Of a stretch of DNA of 64,000 bases, positions 1 through 8,187 are shown piece by piece. The DNA is from an uncultured Enterobacteriaceae bacterium. GTDB taxonomy: Bacteria; Pseudomonadota; Gammaproteobacteria; Burkholderiales; SG8-39. The stretch is from positions 21,066 through 85,065 of the forward strand of contig CAZRMO010000003.1 in NCBI GenBank assembly GCA_964601155.1, written 5' to 3'. A program made the translations under genes and the position numbers. The notes below the pieces were generated by a model. The model was not told the DNA's origin, searched no databases, and saw only the letters and a list, made by a program, of their open reading frames with translations. Position 1 is the first letter of the stretch; each line of letters begins with the position of its first letter.

Positions 1-2
1 CG

Positions 3-209
3 ACCGAATTCGACGGCCGCTCGGATGCGATCTTCCAGCCCTATGACGCGAAGCAGCGCCGCCACATGGAATACGTCAAGGACCACGGTTGCTGGTCGGA
101 TTTTCCCTATGACAGGGTTGAAGCCGATTTCCGCGCCTTCTACCCAGCGAACGCCTTTGTCGAAAACAGTTCGGACGAAAAATTCGAAGACGGCGTTCGC
201 GTAAGCTAG
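3..209 (+). CDS. 3' end of a gene truncated by the window edge; product unknown
   Basis: Frame open from the window edge to TAG at 207-209 (...YPANAFVENSSDEKFEDGVRVS*). Codon usage resembles neighbours. No family recognised. Confidence 0.35.
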   Translation, partial: TEFDGRSDAIFQPYDAKQRRHMEYVKDHGCWSDFPYDRVEADFRAFYPANAFVENSSDEKFEDGVRVS

Positions 210-236
210 CCGTAGACTGCGCCAGGTGCGCCGCTT

Positions 237-2282
237 CTAATCCTCTTCGCGCGCCGCCTTGTATTGCGACGTCAGCTGCTGCTGCAGCTGCGCGGGTACT
301 TGCGCATAGTGGCTGAATTCGACCGAGTACGAACCTTGGCCGCCGGTGATCGAGCGCAGGCGGTTCTGGAAGTCGGTCAACTCGGCCTGCGGCACCTGGC
401 CGGTGGTGCTGATGCCGCCGCCCGGGTGCGGCTGCGTGCCGGTGATCTGGCCGCGCTTGGATGCGATTTCAGCGGTCATATCGCCGACATAGGTTTCCGG
501 CGCATCGATGTCGATGTTGACGATGGGCTCGAGCATGATGGGTGCCGCCTTGGAGAACGCGTCAATCACCGCCTTGCGGCCCGCGGAAACGAAGGCGATC
601 TCTTTGGAGTCGACCGCATGACTCTTGCCGTCGTAGACGATGACGCGCAGATCCTCCACCGGGTAGCCCGCGATCACGCCGGTGTCGAGTGCCATGCGTA
701 CGCCTTTTTCCACCGCCGGGATGAAAACGGTAGGTATCACCCCGCCTTTTACCTGATCGACGAATTCGTAGCCGGCGCCGCGCGGCAGCGGCTCGATCCT
801 GAGAAACACCTCGCCGAACTGGCCGGCGCCGCCGGTCTGCTTCTTGTGCCGGCAGTGGCCTTCCGCCTTGCGGCTGATGGTCTCGCGATACGGAATGCGC
901 GGAGGCCGGGTATCCAGTTCGAGCTTGTACTGCTGCGTCAGTTTTTCCAGCTTGGTGCGCAGGTGCAGCTCGCCCAGCGCGCGGATCACCGTCTCGTTGG
1001 TGGCGGGGTGGCGTTCCATGCGGAAACACGGGTCCTCCAGTTCCAGCTTGTGCAGGACTTCGAACAGGCGCTGCTCGTCGCCTTTCTTTTTCGTCTCCAC
1101 CGCGAGCCCGTGCATGGGAGCGGGAAACTCCAGCGGGCGCAGATGAATATGGTCCTCTTCGTGGGAATCGTGCAGCACCGCGTCGAATTCGATTTCATCC
1201 ACTTTCGACACGGCGCCGATGTCGCCCGGAACGAGGGCGTCGGTCTCGACGTAATCCTTGCCCTGCAGCAGGTACAGGTGCGCCACCCGGAACGGCCGGC
1301 TGCTATTGCCGATAAAGAGTTGAGCGTCGCGCCGCACCGTACCCTGATGCACGCGGAATACGCCGAGCTTGCCAACGTACGGATCCATGACGACCTTGAA
1401 TACATGCGCAAGCACATGTTTGGCCGGATCGGGCTCGGCATGGAATTCAATCGCATCCGCGCCTTCGCCTTTGAGAAAGGGCGGCGGGTTGCCCTCGGTC
1501 GGGTTGGGCGCGAGCGTGGCAAGTATGTCGAGCAGCTCGCCGATACCGACGTCGTTCTTGGCCGAGACGAAGCATACCGGGATCAGGTGCCCTTCGCGCA
1601 ATGCCTTCTCGAACGGCGCATGCAGCTGCTCGGGATTGATCTCGCCCTGCTCCAGATACAGCGCCATCAGCGCCTCGTCGACCTCCACCACCTGGTCGAC
1701 CAAGGCCGCGTGCGCCGCCTTGACCGAAGAGAAGTCGGATTCACCGTCCGGGGTGAAGAAGCAGTCGACGATGTCCTTCCCGGCATGCGCCGGCAAATTG
1801 ATCGGCAGGCACTCCTTGCCGAAGGTCTCCTGAATATTCGCAAGCAGGGCGGGCAGGTCGACGTTTTCCGCGTCGATCTTGTTGATCACGATCATGCGGC
1901 ACAGCTTGCGTGCTTGTGCCCACTTCATCATGCGCCGCGTGGCAAGCTCGATCCCGGTCTGCGCATTCACCACGATCAAGGCGGTCTCCACCGCGGCGAG
2001 CGCACCTATCGCTTGGCCGGAGAAATCCGGATAGCCGGGCGTATCGATCAGGTGAACGTGGGTATCGCGCCATGCGAAATTGAGCAGCGCGGCGTTGAGC
2101 GAGTGGCCATGGGTCTTTTCCAGCGCATCGTAGTCGCAGACGGTATTGCCTCGCTCTACGCTGCCAGGCGTCTTGATCGCGCCGGCACGCGCAAGCAGCG
2201 CCTCCGCCAGGGTGGTTTTTCCGGTTGCGCCATGGCCCACTAGCGCAACGGTGCGGATGGCTTCGGTGGTGTAGTTCGGCAT
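237..2282 (-). CDS. Elongation factor G-family translational GTPase (EF-G paralogue)
   Basis: 681 aa. G1 GHGATGKTT, G3 DTPGYPDF, G4 NKID, then EF-G domain II-V-like sequence. Not in an rpsL-rpsG-fusA-tuf context. Confidence 0.85.
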   Translation of the reverse strand: MPNYTTEAIRTVALVGHGATGKTTLAEALLARAGAIKTPGSVERGNTVCDYDALEKTHGHSLNAALLNFAWRDTHVHLIDTPGYPDFSGQAIGALAAVETALIVVNAQTGIELATRRMMKWAQARKLCRMIVINKIDAENVDLPALLANIQETFGKECLPINLPAHAGKDIVDCFFTPDGESDFSSVKAAHAALVDQVVEVDEALMALYLEQGEINPEQLHAPFEKALREGHLIPVCFVSAKNDVGIGELLDILATLAPNPTEGNPPPFLKGEGADAIEFHAEPDPAKHVLAHVFKVVMDPYVGKLGVFRVHQGTVRRDAQLFIGNSSRPFRVAHLYLLQGKDYVETDALVPGDIGAVSKVDEIEFDAVLHDSHEEDHIHLRPLEFPAPMHGLAVETKKKGDEQRLFEVLHKLELEDPCFRMERHPATNETVIRALGELHLRTKLEKLTQQYKLELDTRPPRIPYRETISRKAEGHCRHKKQTGGAGQFGEVFLRIEPLPRGAGYEFVDQVKGGVIPTVFIPAVEKGVRMALDTGVIAGYPVEDLRVIVYDGKSHAVDSKEIAFVSAGRKAVIDAFSKAAPIMLEPIVNIDIDAPETYVGDMTAEIASKRGQITGTQPHPGGGISTTGQVPQAELTDFQNRLRSITGGQGSYSVEFSHYAQVPAQLQQQLTSQYKAAREED

Positions 2283-2392
2283 GATTCTCCTCTTTGCCGG
2301 CGGCGACGATAGCCGCGCGATCGCCCTTTTTGAGGTTCAATTCTAGCATCGCCGGCAGGCGCCTGGGTCTGGCGCCGTACGCTCTTCAACCG

Positions 2393-3034
2393 CTATTCGG
2401 TATCGTCCAGCGCCTGGCCCAAGTGAGCGATGTCGCCCCAGCTGCGCAATTCCCAGGCGCCGCGCCGATGGAGGAAACGGTTGACGCCGGTGTTGTGCAG
2501 GGGAAAGTCGCGCGGCGCATCCAGCGCCATTCCGCTCGTGTGGCGATACAGCATGGCGAGCACGCCGCCGTGCGTGACCGCAGCGAAAGTCAGTCCGGCA
2601 TGGCGCTCGGCAAGCACGCTGAAACAGTCGACGCTGCGCTCGAACAACTGGCGCAGGCTTTCCCCTTCCGGGATGACGTAATCGGGGTCATGGCTCCTGA
2701 AGCGGGCGTATTCCTCGGGATAGCGCAGCTGCACTTCGGTCGGGGTCAGCCCCTGAAAAATTCCCATGCGCCGTTCGCGCAGGCGCGGCTCGACCACGAT
2801 CTCGTGTCCGGTTCGCATGGCGATGGCCTGTGCCGTCTGCAGCGCGCGGCCGAGATCGCTCGACAGCAGCAGGTCGAAGCGCTCGGCGGCCAGGTGCTCG
2901 CCCAGCGCTTCGGCCTGCGTCAGGCCTTCCTGGTTGAGGGTGCTGTTCAAATGGCCCTGAAAGCGACCCTGCCTGTTCCATTCGGTCTCGCCGTGGCGGA
3001 TGGCGATCAGATGCGTGTCGGCCGGGGAGCGCAT
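2393..3034 (-). CDS. Histidine phosphatase family protein (phosphoglycerate mutase-like)
   Basis: 213 aa. N-terminal catalytic RHGETEWN motif and a later THGG histidine motif. Confidence 0.85.
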   Translation of the reverse strand: MRSPADTHLIAIRHGETEWNRQGRFQGHLNSTLNQEGLTQAEALGEHLAAERFDLLLSSDLGRALQTAQAIAMRTGHEIVVEPRLRERRMGIFQGLTPTEVQLRYPEEYARFRSHDPDYVIPEGESLRQLFERSVDCFSVLAERHAGLTFAAVTHGGVLAMLYRHTSGMALDAPRDFPLHNTGVNRFLHRRGAWELRSWGDIAHLGQALDDTE

Positions 3035-3038
3035 GCCG

Positions 3039-3968
3039 TCAGCGCCTCCCAGTACCGAGCGCGATCACCGCGCCGACTACGATCAGCGCGCCCACGATCT
3101 GTCGCGGCGCAACGCTCTGGCCGAGGATGGGCCAGGCGAGAAACAGCACCGCGATCGGTTCGAAATTGAGAGCCGCCGAGTTGTTCATTACGTCCAGTCG
3201 CGGCAGCAGCACGAACATGGTCGTAAACGCGGTGCCGTAAAACAGCATGAGCAGGCCGAGGCCGAGCCAGCCGCCCGGGTTGGACGGAAATGCGAGATCG
3301 CCTGCAACCGCGCCGGCTGCAAGCATCAGCAGCGCCACCGTGCTCATGGTCAGCAGCGTGCGCAGCCTGCCATCCACGTCATGGAGCCAGCGCGCAGTCA
3401 GGTGCAAGGCGACGGAGAAGCTCACCGCCGCCCCCAAGGCAAAGCCGACGCCGACACCGATCTCGTCCCAACGCGCGGAGATGCCGCCGCTCACTCCGGA
3501 CACATCGAGAGCCAGGGCCAGACCGAACAGCGCCACCGGCATCGCGATCAGCGCGCGCCGTGCCGGCCGTTCGCTGCCGGTAGCCCAGGAAATGAGCGAG
3601 AACATCATCGGGTAGGTGTTGAAGGCGAGCAGGGCGAGCGCCACCGGGATGCGCGCCACCGCCGAGTAGAGACAGTAGCTTTGCACCGATATAAGCACGC
3701 CCACTGCGACGGCGCGCCAGCGCGTCGCAGCCGGGAGCGCCAGCGGCACGCGGCCGGCGATGACCAGCGCACCCACGAACAGCACCGCGGCGAGCGAGCG
3801 GGCGACGATCGCCGTGGTGACGTTGACGCCGTGATCGAAGGCGATGCGGGCGGCGATGTGATTGCTGCCGAAGATCGTGGCGATCGTAAGCAGGATCGCG
3901 ATGCTGACCCAGCGGGGAAAGGGTTTGCCGTGCAAAAGTGCTCCCTGGCGCTTTTTATGACGCCGCAC
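3039..3968 (-). CDS. EamA/DMT family transporter
   Basis: About 10 hydrophobic segments typical of duplicated EamA domains. The ORF-track start at 4145 adds an Arg/Pro-rich non-membrane extension. In-frame GTG at 3968 preceded by AAGGAA is the preferred start. Confidence 0.75.
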   Translation of the reverse strand: MRRHKKRQGALLHGKPFPRWVSIAILLTIATIFGSNHIAARIAFDHGVNVTTAIVARSLAAVLFVGALVIAGRVPLALPAATRWRAVAVGVLISVQSYCLYSAVARIPVALALLAFNTYPMMFSLISWATGSERPARRALIAMPVALFGLALALDVSGVSGGISARWDEIGVGVGFALGAAVSFSVALHLTARWLHDVDGRLRTLLTMSTVALLMLAAGAVAGDLAFPSNPGGWLGLGLLMLFYGTAFTTMFVLLPRLDVMNNSAALNFEPIAVLFLAWPILGQSVAPRQIVGALIVVGAVIALGTGRR

Positions 3969-4214
3969 TTTACCATCATTCCTTGCCGTGACCGATTGCG
4001 GCGCCGGCGCGCGTTCCTTTCGCCGTCGCGGCGCTGCGCGGGCAGGGCGCCCCCGTACGGCGGCATCCCGGGTCGCTGCGGGTGTGGGGATGCCCGGGCG
4101 CGAAGCGGTTCTCCAGTGCGGCGAGGGCTGCGCGGCCGGCGGCAAGGCACGGATTTCCGGCGCGGCTCAGCGATCCGGAGCCGACCTGCTGCGATTACTG
4201 CGGTCTTAGCGGCT

Positions 4215-5741
4215 CTACGCTACTGCCACCGGGATCTTGAATTCCTTGATGCGCTTTTCCCACTCCGCCGGGCCGGTGGCGTGCACGGCCGCGCCGCTGG
4301 AGTCCACGGCTACGGTGACCGGCATGTCCTTCACATCGAACTCGTAAATGGCCTCCATGCCGAGGTCGGCGAATGCGAGCACACGCGATTTCTTGATGGC
4401 CTTGGCCACGAGGTAGGCGGCGCCGCCGACGGCCATGAGGTATGCGGCCTTGTGCTTCCTGATCGCCTCGATCGCCACCGGGCCGCGCTCGGCCTTGCCC
4501 ACCATTCCGATCAGGCCGGTCTTTGCCAGCATCATCTCGGTGAACTTGTCCATGCGTGTCGAGGTGGTCGGGCCGGCTGGTCCGACGACTTCGCCCTTGA
4601 TCGGATCGACCGGGCCGACGTAGTAAATCACGCGATTGGTGAAGTCCACCGGCAGCTTCTCGCCCTTATCCAGCATTTCCTTGATGCGCAGATGCGCGGC
4701 GTCACGGCCGGTGAGCATCTTGCCCGAGAGCAGCAGGATGTCGCCCTGCTTCCACGACGCGACTTCTGCCGGGGTAAGGCTGTCGAGGTTGACGCGTTTG
4801 GCGGCGGAGGTGGGTGCCCAGGTGACTTTGGGCCAGTCATCGAGCGAGGGCGGATCGAGTGCGACCGCGCCCGAGCCGTCGAGCACGAAATGCGCGTGGC
4901 GCGTCGCGGCGCAGTTGGGGATCATCGCGATCGGCTTGTTGGCGGCGTGCGTTGGGTAGTCTGCGATCTTGACGTCGAGCACCGTCGACAGTCCGCCCAG
5001 GCCCTGCGCGCCTATCCCGAGCGCGTTGATCTTGGTATAGAGCTCGATGCGCAGTTCCTCGATCTTCGATTTCGGCCCGCGCGCGAGCAGCTCGTGCATA
5101 TCCAGCGGCTGCATCAGCACTTCCTTGGCCATCATCATCGCCTTCTCGGAGGTGCCGCCGACGCCGATGCCGAGCAGGCCGGGCGGACACCAGCCCGCGC
5201 CCATGGTAGGCACGGTTTTCAGTACCCAGTCGACGATGGAATCGGAGGGATTGAGCATGGCGAATTTCGATTTCGCCTCGGAGCCGCCGCCCTTGGCTGC
5301 GACCGTTACGTCGAGCTTGTTTCCGGGGACCACTTCCACATGCAGCACCGCGGGTGTGTTGTCCTTGGTGTTCTTGCGCGTGAATATCGGGTCGGCGAGC
5401 ACTGAGCTGCGCAGCGGGTTATCAGGGTTGGTGTAGGCGCGACGCACGCCTTCGTTCACCGCATCGGCGAGCGAGCCCTTGAAGCCTTCCCAGCGCAGGT
5501 CCATGCCAATTTTGAGGTAGACGTTGACGATGCCGGTGTCCTGGCAAATTGGCCGGTGGCCCTCGGCGCACATGCGCGAGTTGGTCAGAATCTGCGCGAT
5601 CGCATCCTTCGCCGCAGGCGCCTGCTCGCGCTCGTAGGCGCGGGCGAGGTGGGCGAGGTAGTCCTTCGGATGGTAATAACTGATGAACTGCAGCGCGTCT
5701 GCAATGCTCTGGATCAGGTCTTCCTGCTTAATGGCGGTCAT
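4215..5741 (-). CDS. fumA: Class I (Fe-S dependent) fumarate hydratase
   Basis: About 508 aa from MTAIKQEDL.... Contains the CQDTGI cluster-ligand region in the N-terminal domain and the C-terminal beta-domain typical of class I fumarase/tartrate dehydratase. The ATG at 5741 is preferred over 5786. Confidence 0.88.
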   Translation of the reverse strand: MTAIKQEDLIQSIADALQFISYYHPKDYLAHLARAYEREQAPAAKDAIAQILTNSRMCAEGHRPICQDTGIVNVYLKIGMDLRWEGFKGSLADAVNEGVRRAYTNPDNPLRSSVLADPIFTRKNTKDNTPAVLHVEVVPGNKLDVTVAAKGGGSEAKSKFAMLNPSDSIVDWVLKTVPTMGAGWCPPGLLGIGVGGTSEKAMMMAKEVLMQPLDMHELLARGPKSKIEELRIELYTKINALGIGAQGLGGLSTVLDVKIADYPTHAANKPIAMIPNCAATRHAHFVLDGSGAVALDPPSLDDWPKVTWAPTSAAKRVNLDSLTPAEVASWKQGDILLLSGKMLTGRDAAHLRIKEMLDKGEKLPVDFTNRVIYYVGPVDPIKGEVVGPAGPTTSTRMDKFTEMMLAKTGLIGMVGKAERGPVAIEAIRKHKAAYLMAVGGAAYLVAKAIKKSRVLAFADLGMEAIYEFDVKDMPVTVAVDSSGAAVHATGPAEWEKRIKEFKIPVAVA

Positions 5742-5883
5742 GTCGGTCTCGCTGGATTGAAATGGCGGTTTGGATCGCGGTGGCAATGTGTGGATCGCGC
5801 GGCTGCGGATCGCCCGATCTGCAACCGTAAAATCTTACCACCTTTGCCGCGCCGGATTCGACGGGCGGCAGCTCCTGTTTGCG

Positions 5884-7065
5884 CTAGATCAAACCGGCGG
5901 AGCGCAGCGCGACGATTTCCGATTCGCCGTAGCCGAGCCATGCGAGCACGGCGTCGGTATGCGCGCCCAGAGCGGGAATGTCGCCCATTGCATGAGCGTA
6001 GGCATCGGTGAGCGGCGGCGGCCGCAGTGCCGGCAGCGGCCCCGCGGGGGAGGCGATCTTGGCCCAGCGATCGCGCGCGCGCAGTTGCGGGTGCTCGCGC
6101 AAGCCCTCGACGGTATTGACCGAGGCGTTGGCGATGCTGGCGGCGTCGAGCAGCGCGATCAGCTCGGCCGCGCTCAATTGCGCCAGCCGCTGGTGCAGAA
6201 TCGGCGCGAGCTGCTGGCGGTTAGCGCTGCGCGCGGCGTTGCTGTCGAAGCGCGGGTCGAGCGCCAGCTCCGGCGCGCCCAGCACCTTTTCGCAGAACAG
6301 CGCCCATTCGCGCTCGTTCTGAATCGCGATCATCACCGTCTTGCCATCGCCCGCCTGAAACGGCCCATAGGGATAGATGGTCGCGTGCATGGCGCCGGCG
6401 CGCGCCGGTTGCGCCGCGCCGTCCCACGCATAGTAGAGCGGATAGCCCATCCATTCGGCCAGACAGTCGAGCAGCGACACTTCGATGTTGCTGCCCTTGC
6501 CGGTGCGGCCGCGCAGCAGCAGCGCATTCAGGATGCCGCTGTAGGCGTACATGCCGCCCGCGATGTCGGCGATGGATACGCCCGACTTGGCCATCTCGCC
6601 TTCGCTGCCGGTGATCGAGAGGAATCCCGCTTCGGCCTGGATCAGGAGGTCGTAGGCCTTCTTGTCGCGATAGGGGCCGCTCTCGCCGTAGCCGGACACG
6701 CCGCAGACGATGACGCGCGGATTGATGCGGTGTATGGCTGCAGCATCCAAACCCAGGCGGGCCGCAGCGCCTGGGGCCAGGTTCTGCACGAACACGTCGG
6801 CGCGCGCGAGCAGACGCTGCAGCACCGGCAGCGCCTGTGCATGCTTCAGATCCAGCGTCACGCTTTCCTTGCCGCGGTTGGTCCAGACGAAATGCGAGGC
6901 CAGGCCACGCACGCGCTGGTCGTAGGCGCGCGCGAAGTCGCCGCTTCCGGGGCGCTCTATTTTGATCACACGCGCGCCGTTGTCGGCAAGATGCCGCGTG
7001 GCGAGCGGAGCGGCGACTGCATGTTCCAGCGCGACGACGACAATGCCGTCCAGTGGTCGTGTCAT
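5884..7065 (-). CDS. Family III CoA-transferase (CaiB/BaiF type)
   Basis: 393 aa. N-terminus LDGIVVVALEHAVAAPLATRHLADNGARVIKIE is the characteristic family III signature region. Confidence 0.85.
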   Translation of the reverse strand: MTRPLDGIVVVALEHAVAAPLATRHLADNGARVIKIERPGSGDFARAYDQRVRGLASHFVWTNRGKESVTLDLKHAQALPVLQRLLARADVFVQNLAPGAAARLGLDAAAIHRINPRVIVCGVSGYGESGPYRDKKAYDLLIQAEAGFLSITGSEGEMAKSGVSIADIAGGMYAYSGILNALLLRGRTGKGSNIEVSLLDCLAEWMGYPLYYAWDGAAQPARAGAMHATIYPYGPFQAGDGKTVMIAIQNEREWALFCEKVLGAPELALDPRFDSNAARSANRQQLAPILHQRLAQLSAAELIALLDAASIANASVNTVEGLREHPQLRARDRWAKIASPAGPLPALRPPPLTDAYAHAMGDIPALGAHTDAVLAWLGYGESEIVALRSAGLI

Positions 7066-7297
7066 TTACGGCTCATTGCAAGAAATTCTGTGGGGAGCCC
7101 GACCTCGGGCCGACCGGCGCTTGCGATCGCACATCCCTGTCGCGCCGCCGCCGCAAACTACCATTATTCGGCGCGACGGGTCAACGCGACTCGCCGCAAT
7201 TCAATCCTTGCGTATCAGTAGGGTCCGGCGGCACCGGACCAGCCCAGACAAGCGGGTTTACAGTCGATTTGCGCCGCGACCGCCAGCCGGTTTATCC

Positions 7298-7326
7298 TTG
7301 CCTCGCAAAGGCTTATCGCGTAAGCT
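7298..7326 (+). promoter_or_regulatory. Candidate sigma70-type promoter for tRNA-Ser
   Basis: TTGCCT (7298-7303), 17-nt spacer, TAAGCT (7321-7326), 23 nt upstream of the mature tRNA 5' end. Pattern match only. Confidence 0.3.
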
Positions 7327-7349
7327 GCGCACCTTCCCGAAATTCAGCA

Positions 7350-7441
7350 GGAGAGGTGGCCGAGCGGTCGAAGGCGCACGCCTGGAAAGCGTGTATACGG
7401 GTCAAACCGTATCGCGGGTTCGAATCCCGCTCTCTCCGCCA
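7350..7441 (+). tRNA. tRNA-Ser (anticodon GGA), class II with long variable arm, encoded CCA
   Basis: Acceptor GGAGAGG/TCTCTCC, D-arm GCCGAGCGGTCGAAGGC, anticodon loop CTGGAAA, long variable arm, T-arm GCGGGTTCGAATCCCGC, discriminator G + CCA. Confidence 0.93.
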
Positions 7442-7552
7442 AGATTACATTTCAAGGCGTCCAGGAACCTCCAAGTCAGCGAAACCGGTTTAGTTGGTAA
7501 GCTGTAAACTAACAAGATGTTAACCAGTTAAGTTTGCAGCGAAGGAGAATTC

Positions 7553-8149
7553 ATGTCAGCGCAGAGAATGATTAACATGGGATTCACCGAGGAGGCGTTC
7601 GCTGCGGGAACTCACATGTGTTACATCTATGCGGACGACGACGAGCGTAGCGAAATCGTCCCCAGGTTCGTCGAGAGCGGGCTGCATCAGGGGGAGGTCG
7701 TAAGCTACTTCGCCGATCTGCCGCGCGCGGAAGATCTCCCGGCGCATCTTTCGCGCCTCGGGATACGCATTTCTCCGGAGTCGTCGGCGGGCCGCTTCGA
7801 GGCCGAGTTGGCGCATCGGGCCTACTGTCCCGACGGGACTTTCGTCCCGCAACGCATGCTCGACCGGGTGCGGGAGCTTTACCTGGAGAGCGTTCGCACA
7901 GGCTATTCAGGGGCTCGGATAAGCGGCGAGATGACCTGGGCCCTCAAGGGACTGCCGGGCTCCGATCGCATAATAGAGTATGAGTCCGGCCTGAACGGGG
8001 TGGTGCGAGAATGTCCGGCAACGCTCGTTTGTCAATACGACGCGCGACACTTCAGCGGCGCCACGCTTTATGATGTCCTGTGCGTTCATCCGTATATGAT
8101 CGTGCGCGGGCAAATCGTGCGCAATCCCTATTACCGTTCCAGCGAGTAG
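7553..8149 (+). CDS. MEDS-domain protein (putative sensory/regulatory)
   Basis: 198 aa. GTHMCYIYADDDER...VPRFV..GL..GE resembles the N-terminal MEDS (DcmR-like) pattern. GGAG 8 nt upstream of the ATG. Confidence 0.55.
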   Translation: MSAQRMINMGFTEEAFAAGTHMCYIYADDDERSEIVPRFVESGLHQGEVVSYFADLPRAEDLPAHLSRLGIRISPESSAGRFEAELAHRAYCPDGTFVPQRMLDRVRELYLESVRTGYSGARISGEMTWALKGLPGSDRIIEYESGLNGVVRECPATLVCQYDARHFSGATLYDVLCVHPYMIVRGQIVRNPYYRSSE

Positions 8150-8187
8150 CCCGCAATACACGCCTGTCTGGTCCGGTAGGAGCTGGT

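Noticed and set aside
264-2243. 659-aa plus-strand ORF fully overlapping the EF-G-like gene
   Set aside because: It is antisense to a gene with clear GTPase motifs. The product is Arg/Ala/Gly-rich low-complexity with no motifs, a typical high-GC shadow ORF.
3000-5405. 801-aa plus-strand ORF spanning the EamA and fumarase loci
   Set aside because: It runs antisense across two well-supported minus-strand genes and their intergenic gap. The composition is Arg/His/Gly-rich with no domain signatures.
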